Below are positions 1-9,621 of a stretch of DNA of 64,000 nucleotides, piece by piece. A program made the translations under genes and the position numbers. The notes under the pieces were generated by a model. It was not told the origin of the DNA, made no database searches, and saw only the letters and a program-made list of their open reading frames with translations. Origin of the DNA: Pseudomonadota bacterium (GTDB taxonomy: Bacteria; Pseudomonadota; Alphaproteobacteria; Rickettsiales; SXRF01). Within the stretch, counting starts at the first letter, position 1, and each line of letters opens with the position of its first letter. The DNA is taken from the NCBI GenBank assembly GCA_028873525.1, contig JAGWIM010000001.1, positions 2,068-66,067 on the forward strand, written 5' to 3'.

Positions 1-27
1 AGGACAAAGGCGATGCGGCGGAGCGTC

Positions 28-972
28 TCAATCATGGTATGCGCTGGTGCGCTTCACCCCCTCGATTTTGGCGAAAAAATCATTCATCAAGGCAAGCGCG
101 CCGTCATCCACCGGCGGCAACCGCCATTTCGAGCGTAGGTACTGCAAAAACGTCCGGCTGGCAAGCGCGCACACGCCTTGCCGGTGCCGTCGTTCTTTCC
201 ACGCCGCCGAAATGCAGCGGCCGTAGAGATTACGGCGCATATCTTCGTCGAGATCGCAAAAATCTTTCAGCATATGGTAACTCGCCAGGAAGCGATCGTG
301 ATTGAGCTGCGAAACGTTGGCTGACAACACGCCTTCCACCCTGGGAATAAGCAGCACCGGCGCTTTCAGCAGAATGATGCGCCGCGCCGTGCGCGCCAGC
401 CTCAGTCCCAGCGATTCGTCCTGGATGAACACGCGCTCGTCGCAGCCGCCGGACGCCAGGAACGTTTCGCGCCGCACCAGTTGCATCATGCGCCGCAGCC
501 GCTGCCGGAACACGAATTCGCGCGGCCTGTCGCTCACCACGTAAGGCGCATTGTCATCCACGCGCCGTCCGACCAGCTTTGCCGCTTCAATATCCGTGCG
601 CTCCCAGCCGCCATGTATGACATCGGCCTGATGCTTCACCAGCAGCGACAGCATGAGGCGCGTGGCATTGGCGGCCAGCACATCGTCGGAGTCAATGAAC
701 TGCAGGTATTTTCCGCGCGCCAGCCTGGCGCCCTGGTTGACGCGGATGCTGGGACCCTTATTCTCGCTGTTTCTTACGATGACCACATTCGGCACGCCGC
801 GCGCGCGCTCCTCGAGCACTTCCAGCGAACGATCGGTGGAAACATCGTCAACGAAAATATATTCCGACGGGATGCCTCCTTCCTGCGTCAGCAGCGAGTC
901 GGCGGTATGCCCGACATACGCCTCTTTATTGTAAACGGTGACGATGTAGCTGACGACAACGTCGCTCGTCAT
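28..972 (-). CDS. glycosyltransferase family 2 protein
   Basis: 314-aa ORF with a GT-A signature (VSYIVTVYNKEAYV, FVDDVSTDRS, IDSDD). Its start overlaps the pyrF stop by 4 nt. Confidence 0.75.
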   Translation of the reverse strand: MTSDVVVSYIVTVYNKEAYVGHTADSLLTQEGGIPSEYIFVDDVSTDRSLEVLEERARGVPNVVIVRNSENKGPSIRVNQGARLARGKYLQFIDSDDVLAANATRLMLSLLVKHQADVIHGGWERTDIEAAKLVGRRVDDNAPYVVSDRPREFVFRQRLRRMMQLVRRETFLASGGCDERVFIQDESLGLRLARTARRIILLKAPVLLIPRVEGVLSANVSQLNHDRFLASYHMLKDFCDLDEDMRRNLYGRCISAAWKERRHRQGVCALASRTFLQYLRSKWRLPPVDDGALALMNDFFAKIEGVKRTSAYHD

Positions 973-1706
973 TTGGTTTCCCCGAGCGACGCAAAAATAT
1001 CGGCCGCCGCCTTCTTCGGATCCTTCGCCGCCGTGATGGGGCGCCCAATCACGAGATAATCCGCGCCTTTTGCCATGGCCTCGGCGGGCGTCATGGTGCG
1101 TTTCTGGTCATCCTTGCCACTGCCTGCCGGGCGGATGCCGGGCACGACTAGGGTAAAATCCGCATCCATTTTTTTTAAACGAGTAACTTCATGCGGTGAA
1201 CAGACAGCTCCATCCAGTCCATAAATATGAGCCATCCTTCCAAGATTCGCCGCATAATCCTCAATGGTAAGTTTTACATCTGACAGGTCATCATTCCAGT
1301 TGCGGCGTAGCAGTTGCTTTATATCGTCTTCTTCAAGACTGGTTAGCACCGTGACGCCGATGACCTTTGGTCTCGAAGGTAATTTAGATGCTTCTTCCTT
1401 TGCCGCTTGAATCATCGCCTCGCCGCCGCTGACATGCACCGTAAGCATAAAAACGTTCAAGCCGTGAAGCGCCCGCACCGCGCCGGCCACCGTGTTGGGA
1501 ATATCATGGAACTTGAGATCGAGAAAAATGGGAAGGCCGGCTTTTTCCATCTCGCGGACGCCCGCCGCGCCTTGGGCGGTGAAGAATTCCAGCCCCAGCT
1601 TCAGCGCGCCGACATGGCCGGAAAGCTGCGCGGCAAGCGCCCGCGCCTGCTCAATATCCGTGGTATCCACGGCGCAGATGATGGGATTGGGACGCGATGT
1701 ATTCAT
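969..1706 (-). CDS. pyrF: orotidine 5'-phosphate decarboxylase
   Basis: 245-aa ORF with PyrF motifs: IFLDLKFHDIPNTV, the KLG block, and C-terminal ADYLVIGRPI. Confidence 0.9.
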   Translation of the reverse strand: MNTSRPNPIICAVDTTDIEQARALAAQLSGHVGALKLGLEFFTAQGAAGVREMEKAGLPIFLDLKFHDIPNTVAGAVRALHGLNVFMLTVHVSGGEAMIQAAKEEASKLPSRPKVIGVTVLTSLEEDDIKQLLRRNWNDDLSDVKLTIEDYAANLGRMAHIYGLDGAVCSPHEVTRLKKMDADFTLVVPGIRPAGSGKDDQKRTMTPAEAMAKGADYLVIGRPITAAKDPKKAAADIFASLGETK

Positions 1707-1915
1707 TGGTTGAATGTTATTGATGAATCAATGGTGCGGTCAAGTTTATTATCAATACCTGGATTTTTTATAAGTTTTCTTTATTTTTCAACAATATTAT
1801 TATTTATCGCCGGTATAATGGCTGCGCAGAAAAATCAACTATTGATTGTAATTGATATACATAAATACTATTATTAGTATATTCCAGCAGCGCCATTGAT
1901 AATGATTCGAGGAGC

Positions 1916-2536
1916 TTGACTTTTATGATGAGCACCGGACTAAAAAAAGCACCTGATCATCTGAAGAACATCCACGTCATGATCGTCGATAATGACCAGA
2001 AGATTATCGCCATCATCGTCAGGGTACTGCAATGTTTCGGATTCAGAAATATATTCGAAGCGCGGGATGGTTTTTCGGCTGTCGAAACGCTGCGTCAGCA
2101 CGACATAGATCTGATCATCACCGATTGGGAACTGCTGCCATTGAAACAACATGACATATACGACTTGCCGTCCAATCCGGTCGTTCGCTCCGATCAATGG
2201 TCGCCGGTTATGCCGAAAGACGGCGCGTGTTTCGTAAAATACATCCGGCTGTCGAAATATTCGCCTAATCCGTTTGTTCCCGTCATTATGGTGACCGGGC
2301 TTGGCTTGCGGGGGCATATCGAATACGCCCGCGATGCCGGCGTGAATGAAATCATCCTCAAGCCGCTCACCATAGAAAATCTCTGTGAGCGCATCAGCAT
2401 GGTCATCGACCGTCCCCGGTGCTTCGTCACCTCTGCGAGCTACAAGGGGCCGTGCCGCAGAAGGGAAAGGGCGGCGTTGAAAGGACAGGCGGAACGCAGG
2501 AAACACGATGTCAAGCTTTTCAAACATACCGCCTGA
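1916..2536 (+). CDS. response regulator receiver protein with an insertion after the phospho-acceptor Asp
   Basis: CheY-like signature: VDND, LIITDWEL (acceptor D), VIMVTG (T), ILKPL (K). About 35 extra residues lie between beta3 and alpha3. C-terminal YKGPCRRR tail. The first in-frame ATG is at 1925. Confidence 0.7.
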   Translation: MTFMMSTGLKKAPDHLKNIHVMIVDNDQKIIAIIVRVLQCFGFRNIFEARDGFSAVETLRQHDIDLIITDWELLPLKQHDIYDLPSNPVVRSDQWSPVMPKDGACFVKYIRLSKYSPNPFVPVIMVTGLGLRGHIEYARDAGVNEIILKPLTIENLCERISMVIDRPRCFVTSASYKGPCRRRERAALKGQAERRKHDVKLFKHTA

Positions 2537-3067
2537 GTGATGACGATGAGCCGGCCGCCACATTCCACCAGCCTTGCGGATAATGGCCGCCCGCACCTGA
2601 TGCCTCGTGACAACGCGCTGCGCCGGAAAATCGGCCGGCACGTTTCGCTAGGGCAGATTTTTACGTTGGAAAGAATGCAGGAATGCCAGCAGATGCTGAA
2701 TACTCTCCAGGCCGATTTTCTGAAGGAAATGGAGGATCATCTCGTCATAATCAGCGATTTATACAGGCAAGCCGAGAATGACTCGGCGTCGGCGACATCC
2801 ATGATCCATGCGGCGACCGACGTGGCTTTTATCATCAAAACAAGAATGGAGGCGCTCGGTTTTCCTTTCGGCTTTGCGGTGGCAAAATCATTGTATGAAT
2901 ACATGCAAGCCGCACCTGCTTATAGTTCCGATGCGCTGATGGTTGTCTGTAAGCATGTCGCCGTGCTCAATATCATCATCAAAGAAAAAATCACCGACGG
3001 CGGCGGCCAGATAGGCGAGGAAATGCTGGATAACCTGAAAAAGCTGGTAAGGAAAGTGGGGTCGTAG
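2537..3067 (+). CDS. hypothetical protein, helical, probably co-transcribed with the receiver gene
   Basis: 176-aa ORF abutting the stop of the receiver gene (TGA then GTG/ATG). I recognise no motif. Confidence 0.4.
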   Translation: MMTMSRPPHSTSLADNGRPHLMPRDNALRRKIGRHVSLGQIFTLERMQECQQMLNTLQADFLKEMEDHLVIISDLYRQAENDSASATSMIHAATDVAFIIKTRMEALGFPFGFAVAKSLYEYMQAAPAYSSDALMVVCKHVAVLNIIIKEKITDGGGQIGEEMLDNLKKLVRKVGS

Positions 3068-3074
3068 CGCCGCA

Positions 3075-4406
3075 TCAGCTTCCCAGCCGGTACACCGTCT
3101 CACCCCCCACCACCGTTCGTATCGCTCTGCCCCTGACCGGCCAGTCGTCGAAGGGCGAGTTAAGTGACTTACTTACAAATTGTTTGGGATCAATCGTCCA
3201 TTTTACATCGAGGTCGATCAGCGTCAGGTCGGCGCGCGCGCCTTTCTTCAAGCGCCCGGCGGGGACGTGGATGATGTCGGCGGGTTTATAGGTCATGGCG
3301 GCGATGACATCGCGCAGCGGCATGATTTTCTTGTGATAAAGGGTGAGCGACAGCGGCAACATGGTTTCGAGGCCCACGATGCCAAACGACGCCGAAGCCA
3401 TCGGCACGCGCTTGCTTTCCTGGTCGTGCGGCGCGTGGTCGGTGGCAATCGCATCAATCGTGCCATCCTTCAGTCCCTCAATAATCGCCAGCCGGTCGCG
3501 CTCGGAGCGCAGCGGCGGGTTCATTTTGGAGAAGGTGCGGTATTCGCCCACCGCTTCGTCGGTCAGCGTGAAATGGTGCGGCGCAGCTTCGGCGGTGACG
3601 CGCAGGCCTTTTTTCTTGGCGCGGCGCACGGCGTCGATGGCTTCGGCGGTGGAAATATGCAGCACATGATATTGCCCGCCGGTAAGCCCGGCGAGGATAA
3701 TATCGCGCTCAACCATCACCGCTTCGGCGGCGTTTGGAATGCCCGCCAGCCCCAGATGCGCTGAAATCTTCCCCTCGTTCATGCAGCCGCCGCAGGAGAG
3801 GTTCAGATCCTCCGCGTGCTGCGCCACCGGCAGGCCGAATTGTTTGGAATAGGCCAGCGCTTTTCGCATCACCCCCGCATTCATCACCGGCAAGCCATCG
3901 TCGGTAAAGCCCACGGCGCCCGCCTCGGCGAGCAGGCCCATCTCGGTCAACTCCTCGCCTTTTTGCCCCTCGGTGATGGCGGCATAGGCACGGACATTGA
4001 CATAGGCTGATTCCAGCGCGCGTTTTTGCATGAAGGACATGACTGCCACGTCGTCGATGACAGGACGCGTGTTAGGCATACAGGCGACCGTCGTCACTCC
4101 GCCCGCCGCCGCAGATTTGCTGCCGGTGGCGATGGTTTCCTTGTATTCCTGCCCCGGCTCGCGGAAATGCACCTGGATGTCGAGCAGCCCCGGCGTCAGC
4201 AGATGACCTTTGCAGTCGATGATCTCCGCGCCGCGCGGCAATTTATCTTTCGTCAGATGTGGCCCGAAATCAGCGATTTTATCGCCAATCGTCAGCAGCC
4301 CGCCCTTTTTATCCAGCCCCGATTCCGGGTCCATCAGCCGCGCATTGACATACGCCACCTTGCGGGTATTTTTGTGGGTGGGAAGGGTGAAGGTTTGTTT
4401 CAGCAT
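3075..4406 (-). CDS. pyrC: dihydroorotase
   Basis: 443-aa ORF. Amidohydrolase metal ligands are visible (DIQVHFREPG, HVLHIST, ATDHAPH). Length matches the PyrC class found next to pyrB. Confidence 0.9.
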   Translation of the reverse strand: MLKQTFTLPTHKNTRKVAYVNARLMDPESGLDKKGGLLTIGDKIADFGPHLTKDKLPRGAEIIDCKGHLLTPGLLDIQVHFREPGQEYKETIATGSKSAAAGGVTTVACMPNTRPVIDDVAVMSFMQKRALESAYVNVRAYAAITEGQKGEELTEMGLLAEAGAVGFTDDGLPVMNAGVMRKALAYSKQFGLPVAQHAEDLNLSCGGCMNEGKISAHLGLAGIPNAAEAVMVERDIILAGLTGGQYHVLHISTAEAIDAVRRAKKKGLRVTAEAAPHHFTLTDEAVGEYRTFSKMNPPLRSERDRLAIIEGLKDGTIDAIATDHAPHDQESKRVPMASASFGIVGLETMLPLSLTLYHKKIMPLRDVIAAMTYKPADIIHVPAGRLKKGARADLTLIDLDVKWTIDPKQFVSKSLNSPFDDWPVRGRAIRTVVGGETVYRLGS

Positions 4407-4532
4407 TTATATTCCTGAATTGAACTTTACCAGCTTTTTCCAATCAATCGCGCCTGATTGGAAATAAAATTTCTCGAGCGTTTCCTTAGTAAATCGATTG
4501 ATAAGATTAGAATATAATCGCGCTTCACTCAT
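4407..4532 (-). CDS. candidate 41-aa small ORF exactly filling the pyrB-pyrC gap
   Basis: Hand translation gives [41 protein letters not shown]. Its ATG overlaps the pyrB TGA (ATGA) and its TAA abuts the pyrC ATG (TAAATG). The segment is AT-rich. It is below the ORF-track length cut-off. Confidence 0.3.
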   Translation of the reverse strand: MSEARLYSNLINRFTKETLEKFYFQSGAIDWKKLVKFNSGI

Positions 4533-5488
4533 GTCCTTCCTCCCGCCAGCAACTCCAGCACCGCCTGCCGCACGGCGACGCCCATCTCCACCTGCTGCAG
4601 AATCAGGCTGCGGCCAAGGTCATCAGCCAGCCTGGAGTCAATTTCGACGCCACGGTTGATAGGCCCCGGATGCATGATCAGCGCATCCGGTTTGGCGTAA
4701 GAGAGTTTTTCCTCGTCCAGCCCCCAGAAGTGGAAATATTCGCGCATGGACGGCACGAAATTACGCTCCATGCGCTCCATCTGCAACCGCAGCATCATAA
4801 TAATATCGCAATCCTTAAGCCCCTTTCGCATGTCGTGAAACACTTTCGCGCCGAACGATTCGGCGTGCGGCGGCATCAGCGTCGTCGGCCCGATGACGCG
4901 CACTCTTGCGCCCAGCAGATTCAGCAGTTTCATGTTCGAGCGCGCGACGCGCGAGTGCAGAATATCGCCGCAAATGGCCACCGTCAGCCCCTCGATTTTT
5001 TTCTTGTGCTGCAAAATGGTCAGCGCATCGAGAAGCGCCTGCGTCGGATGCTCGTGGCAGCCGTCACCGCCGTTGATGACCGAACAGTTGACCTTCTGCG
5101 CCAGCAGATGCACCGCCCCTGATTCCGGGTGGCGCACCGAGATGAAATCCGGGTGCATGGCGTTGAGCGTCATCGCCGTGTCAATCAGCGTCTCGCCTTT
5201 TTTGGTCGAGGAATTCGACACCGACATGTTGATGACATCCGCGCCGAGGCGCTTGCCCGCCAGTTCGAAGCTGGTGCGCGTGCGTGTGGAATTCTCAAAA
5301 AACAGATTGATAAGCGTGCGCCCTTTGAGGATGGCGTGTTTTTTGTCGGGCTGGCGGTTTTTGGCGATATAGATTCCGGCGAGGTCGAGAACGGCATAGA
5401 CATCGCTGCGCGAAAGCCCGTCGATGCCCAGCAGGTGCCGGTGAGGGAAGGGCTTGGCGGCGGAAGCGGCTTTCATCAAGATAGACAT
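4529..5488 (-). CDS. pyrB: aspartate carbamoyltransferase catalytic subunit
   Basis: ATCase motifs are present ([25 protein letters not shown]). The tracked ORF extends to 5578, but the ATG at 5488 (MSILMKAAS) gives the usual length. Confidence 0.9.
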   Translation of the reverse strand: MSILMKAASAAKPFPHRHLLGIDGLSRSDVYAVLDLAGIYIAKNRQPDKKHAILKGRTLINLFFENSTRTRTSFELAGKRLGADVINMSVSNSSTKKGETLIDTAMTLNAMHPDFISVRHPESGAVHLLAQKVNCSVINGGDGCHEHPTQALLDALTILQHKKKIEGLTVAICGDILHSRVARSNMKLLNLLGARVRVIGPTTLMPPHAESFGAKVFHDMRKGLKDCDIIMMLRLQMERMERNFVPSMREYFHFWGLDEEKLSYAKPDALIMHPGPINRGVEIDSRLADDLGRSLILQQVEMGVAVRQAVLELLAGGRT

Positions 5489-5983
5489 ATATACCGATAA
5501 TGTGCGTTCAGGCAATGCTTGTTGCAAAATGTATATCGTGCAACGTTCGCCATGTATCAAAGCTGGAAACCATCTCAAGCCATTAACAAGGCTATATCGA
5601 CGGAACTTACTTATTCATCACTGCCGGTAATATTGATAAGGTAGACTGTTATTATTCAATCATTATCCTGTACCGCCACTGAGGCCGGCGCAACAAAAAT
5701 GCCTCGAGTCCATACCCATGCCGTGAGCAATGATATAATCTTCCGTGGGGTTAAGAGAGAAAAACCGCTTGATTTCCTGTTATTTACGGGTAAAAATGCG
5801 CGCCTATTTCACTTATAGCACGGCATCCGGCAGCGCGGAGGCTGGAGAATTGCCGTTGTGGCGCAACTGTTTAACCCGAAACGCCGCTGACGTTTCATAA
5901 CGAGTAAGCGGCGGTCAGCGGCCAGCGGTCAGGTAATAAACTGGTCGCTGCCAACTGGCCGCCGGCGACTAAAGAAAGCATTT

Positions 5984-7714
5984 ATGGCTCAGGCAGCACA
6001 GGCAATGAATATGGAAGTGGAAGATTTTGGCGCGTTATTCGAGGAATCCGTCAAAACATCGGGCAAGAACGAAGGTTCGGTCATCACGGGCACGGTGATT
6101 TCCGTGGAAAAGGATACCGTCATCATTGATGTCGGCCTGAAATCGGAAGGCCGCGTTCCTCTGCGCGAATTCCAGGTCGGCAATACCACACCGGAACTGC
6201 GCGCCGGCGATGAAGTCGAAGTGTTCCTGGAGCGCATCGAAAACAAGCATGGCGAAGCGGTCTTAAGCCGCGAAAAAGCGCTGCGCGAGGAAGCCTGGAC
6301 AAAGCTGGAAAAAGCCTGCGCCGACGCCACCCGCGTCGAAGGCGTGATTTTTGGCCGCGTCAAGGGCGGCTTTACCGTGGATATTCAGGGCGCCGTGGCG
6401 TTCCTGCCCGGCTCACAGGTGGACATCCGCCCGATCCGCGATGTCGGCCCGCTGATGCACATCCCGCAGCCGTTCCAGATTCTGAAGATGGACCGGAAGC
6501 GCGGCAATATTGTCGTCTCGCGCCGCGCCGTGCTGGAAGAATCGCGCAGCGAACAGCGCGAGCAACTGCTGGGCAAGATAGCCGAGGGGCAGATACTGGA
6601 CGGCATGGTCAAGAATATCACCGATTACGGCGCGTTCATCGATATGGGCGGCATCGACGGGCTGCTGCACGTCACCGATATTTCCTGGCGGCGCATCGCC
6701 CATCCTTCCGAAGTGCTGCATGTCGGCCAGACCGTGCGCGTGATGGTCACCAAGTTCGACCCGGCCACCAAGCGCGTCAGCCTCGGCATCAAGCAGCTCG
6801 AGGAAAACCCGTGGCAGGGCGCCGATGTCAAATACCCGAATGGCGCCAGGCTGCGCGGCAAAATCACCAATATCACCGATTACGGCGCGTTCGTCGAACT
6901 GGAGCCTGGCATCGAAGGGCTGGTGCACGTATCGGAAATCTCGTGGGTCAAGAAGAGCGCACACCCGTCGAAGCTGGTGTCGGTCAGCCAGGAAGTCAAT
7001 GTCGTGGTACTCGACATTGATGCGTCCAAGCACCGCATTTCCCTGGGCATGAAACAGTGCGAGGACAACCCCTGGGCGGCATACGCCGGCAAAGTCCATG
7101 CCGGCGACACCATTGAAGGCGAAATCCGCAACATCACCGATTTCGGCCTGTTCATCGGGCTGGATGGGGATATTGACGGCCTCATCCACCATTCCGATTT
7201 GAGCTGGAACGAACCTGGCGACGTTGCCATCAAGAATTACAAGAAGGGCGACCGCGTCAAGGCGAAAATACTGGCCATTGACGTGGACAAAGAGCGCGTG
7301 TCTCTCGGCGTCAAGCAGTTGGAGAACGACCCGTTCGAGGCCGAATTCGGCGAAATCCAGAAGGGGGCGACCCTCACCTGCACCGTCACCGAAGTGCAGG
7401 GCGACGGTATCAGCGTTAAGGTCAGCGAGCATATTCAGAGCTTTATCAAGAAGTCCGACCTGGCGCGCGACCGGCAGGACCAGCGCCCCGACCGCTTCGC
7501 CGTCGGCGACCGCGTGGACGTGAAAGTCACCGCGGTGGACAAGACGACGCGCAAGGTCGGCGTTTCCATCAAGGCGCTGGAGGCCGACGAGCACAAGAAA
7601 GCCATCGCCGAATACGGCTCAACCGACAGCGGCGCTTCGCTTGGAGACATCCTGGGCGCGGCGCTGGATGAAGCAAAAACAGAAAAAACGACGAAGAAGA
7701 CGAAAAAGAGCTAG
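5984..7714 (+). CDS. rpsA: 30S ribosomal protein S1
   Basis: 576-aa ORF with six S1 repeats (recurrent ITDYGAFV/DGLLHVSEISW blocks). Ends in TAG at 7712-7714. Confidence 0.95.
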   Translation: MAQAAQAMNMEVEDFGALFEESVKTSGKNEGSVITGTVISVEKDTVIIDVGLKSEGRVPLREFQVGNTTPELRAGDEVEVFLERIENKHGEAVLSREKALREEAWTKLEKACADATRVEGVIFGRVKGGFTVDIQGAVAFLPGSQVDIRPIRDVGPLMHIPQPFQILKMDRKRGNIVVSRRAVLEESRSEQREQLLGKIAEGQILDGMVKNITDYGAFIDMGGIDGLLHVTDISWRRIAHPSEVLHVGQTVRVMVTKFDPATKRVSLGIKQLEENPWQGADVKYPNGARLRGKITNITDYGAFVELEPGIEGLVHVSEISWVKKSAHPSKLVSVSQEVNVVVLDIDASKHRISLGMKQCEDNPWAAYAGKVHAGDTIEGEIRNITDFGLFIGLDGDIDGLIHHSDLSWNEPGDVAIKNYKKGDRVKAKILAIDVDKERVSLGVKQLENDPFEAEFGEIQKGATLTCTVTEVQGDGISVKVSEHIQSFIKKSDLARDRQDQRPDRFAVGDRVDVKVTAVDKTTRKVGVSIKALEADEHKKAIAEYGSTDSGASLGDILGAALDEAKTEKTTKKTKKS

Positions 7715-7721
7715 AGTCGTA

Positions 7722-7964
7722 ATGGAAATAAAGATTGATGTGGATTCCATCCGTGCGTTCGGCTCGGTGGCGCGCGGCGACGCGGGACCGGACAGCGACG
7801 TGGATTTACTGGTGCGCACGCTGCCGGGTTGCGGATTATTCAGAATAGGCGGATTCTATGTGGGATTGGAAGATTTATTGCGCCATAAGGTAGACATCGT
7901 CACGGAAGACAGCATCAGCCCCTATCTGGAATCATCTATTCTTGCTTCCGCCACGCCACTATGA
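7722..7964 (+). CDS. MntA-type nucleotidyltransferase antitoxin
   Basis: 80 aa from the ATG at 7722. Minimal nucleotidyltransferase motif GSVARGDAGPDSDVDLLV (GSx10DxD). Sits directly upstream of a HepT-like ORF. Confidence 0.75.
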   Translation: MEIKIDVDSIRAFGSVARGDAGPDSDVDLLVRTLPGCGLFRIGGFYVGLEDLLRHKVDIVTEDSISPYLESSILASATPL

Positions 7965-8000
7965 AACCGCACCATTCCGACCGCGCAAGGCTCCTGACAT

Positions 8001-8303
8001 ATGCGCGATGCTACCAGACTGATTTTTTCCTATCTGGAAGAAGACCCCGGCCGAGGCTCCCGCACTCGTGACGCAATCATCCGGCAACTGGAGGTTATCG
8101 GCGAAGCATGCAATCATATCGCTCCCCAAATACAAAAGCGCTATCCTCAGATACCGTGGCGTGAAACCGTCGCCATGCGCCACCATTTATCGCATGGCTA
8201 TTTCCAGGTAAAAATAAAGGACGTATGGGAGACAATGGATAATGATCTTCAGCCATTGCAGGAAGCAGTTCTTTCCATGCTGAACGATCCATCAATATTG
8301 TAA
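8001..8303 (+). CDS. HepT-like (DUF86) RNase toxin
   Basis: 100-aa ORF. Rx4HxY motif present as RHHLSHGY. Paired with the upstream MNT gene. Short N-terminus for the family. Confidence 0.75.
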   Translation: MRDATRLIFSYLEEDPGRGSRTRDAIIRQLEVIGEACNHIAPQIQKRYPQIPWRETVAMRHHLSHGYFQVKIKDVWETMDNDLQPLQEAVLSMLNDPSIL

Positions 8304-8325
8304 TCTACACTGCTAAATCAACCCA

Positions 8326-8354
8326 TTGACTTCACATATCTGTTCTGTATTAAT
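8326..8354 (+). promoter_or_regulatory. putative sigma70-type promoter of sppA
   Basis: TTGACT (8326-8331), 16-nt spacer, TATTAA(T) (8348-8354), about 28 nt upstream of the sppA ATG. Pattern match only. Confidence 0.3.
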
Positions 8355-8381
8355 GCCGACGTTCCAATTGCCATTGAATCC

Positions 8382-9299
8382 ATGTCCCTCAACGCTGACA
8401 CCCTTCTCGACCGTCTCTATCTGAAAACCCAGATCACGCGCTGGCGGGTGCTGGCCGTGCTGTTCGCGGTGATTGCCGGGGTGGTCGCCGTGTACCGCTT
8501 TTCGCCCTATTCACCCATCGAAGCGCCTTATGTGGCGCGCCTGTCTTTCGACGGCATCATCGACGACGACCAGAAAACCTACGACCTTATTGACAGCCTG
8601 GGCGACAACGGCAAAGTCAAAGCCGTCATCGTCTGGCTGGACACGCCGGGCGGCAGCGCCGTCGGCGGCGAGGAAACCTTCCTGCGCCTGCGCCAACTTG
8701 CGGAAAAGAAGCCGGTGGTAGCGGTTGAGCGCTCGGTGGCGGCGTCGGCGGGCTACATGGTGGCGCTCGGCGCCGACCGGATTTACGCGCGGCCGGGCAC
8801 CATTACCGGATCCATCGGCGTTCTCATCGAGACGGCGGAGATAACAGACCTGGCCGAAAAACTCGGCATTAAGCCTATTATCATCAAATCCTCGCCGCTG
8901 AAGGCCATGCCATCGCCGTTCGAAAAGGATACGCCGGAGTCCGACACGGTCATCAAGACGGTCATCATGGATTTTTATAACCGCTTCGTCGATATCGTCG
9001 CCGAGCGGCGGCATCTTCCGCGCGACACCGTGCTGAAGCTGGCCGACGGTCGGGTTTACAGCGGCCAGGCGGCGGTGGAGGACAAGCTGGTCGACGCCAT
9101 CGGCGGAGAAAAGGAAGCCATGGACTGGCTGGTCGAAAAACGGCATATCCGCCAGGGACTCGACATCAGGGACGTCGATCCGGAGCAGGAAACCAGCCTG
9201 CTCGACCGGCTGACCCAGAGCATCGCCGGAAATTTTTTCAACAGAAGCAGTGTAACGCTTGACGGGCTGGTTGCGGTGTGGCATCCTCGCCTCCATTAA
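8382..9299 (+). CDS. sppA: signal peptide peptidase SppA (36K type)
   Basis: 305-aa ORF with an N-terminal TM helix and ClpP/crotonase-like blocks (VVWLDTPGGS, SAGYMVALGADRIYA, TGSIGV). Confidence 0.85.
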   Translation: MSLNADTLLDRLYLKTQITRWRVLAVLFAVIAGVVAVYRFSPYSPIEAPYVARLSFDGIIDDDQKTYDLIDSLGDNGKVKAVIVWLDTPGGSAVGGEETFLRLRQLAEKKPVVAVERSVAASAGYMVALGADRIYARPGTITGSIGVLIETAEITDLAEKLGIKPIIIKSSPLKAMPSPFEKDTPESDTVIKTVIMDFYNRFVDIVAERRHLPRDTVLKLADGRVYSGQAAVEDKLVDAIGGEKEAMDWLVEKRHIRQGLDIRDVDPEQETSLLDRLTQSIAGNFFNRSSVTLDGLVAVWHPRLH

Positions 9300-9324
9300 T
9301 CGCTTTAACATCAAGGGCATGTCT

Positions 9325-9621
9325 ATGACCAAATCTGAACTCGTTCTGCGCCTCTCGAAAAAGTATCCGCATCTCTATCAGCGCGACATCGAAGCGCTGG
9401 TCGCCACCATCTTCGACGACATCTCGGAAACGCTGGTCGACGGCGGCCGCGTTGAGCTTCGCGGCTTCGGCGCTTTCTCCATCAGAAAGCGGGAGGCGCG
9501 CAAGGCGCGCAACCCGAAGAACGGGCAGGAAGTGCATATCGGCGCGCGCTTCGCCATCTATTTCCGCACCGGCAAGGAATTGCGCGAACGCATCAACAAA
9601 GCGCCGGTGATGACAAGGTAA
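9325..9621 (+). CDS. ihfB: integration host factor subunit beta
   Basis: MTKSELVLRLSKK...RGFGAFS...NPKNGQEV...GKELRERIN is collinear with IhfB. AAGGG lies 7 nt upstream of the ATG at 9325. An alternative ATG is at 9319. Confidence 0.85.
   Translation: MTKSELVLRLSKKYPHLYQRDIEALVATIFDDISETLVDGGRVELRGFGAFSIRKREARKARNPKNGQEVHIGARFAIYFRTGKELRERINKAPVMTR

Noticed and set aside
6413-7594. 393-aa ORF antisense to rpsA. Similar long antisense ORFs occur at 10395-11534 in trpB, 15340-16230 in gyrB/recF, 22843-23883 in ubiB, 29674-30573 in paralogue 2 and 54976-55590 in the GT-C gene.
   Set aside because: They lie entirely opposite genes with strong family signatures. Their sequences are low-complexity and Arg/Ala/Gly-rich, as expected for stop-poor antisense frames in GC-rich DNA. 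No motifs are visible.
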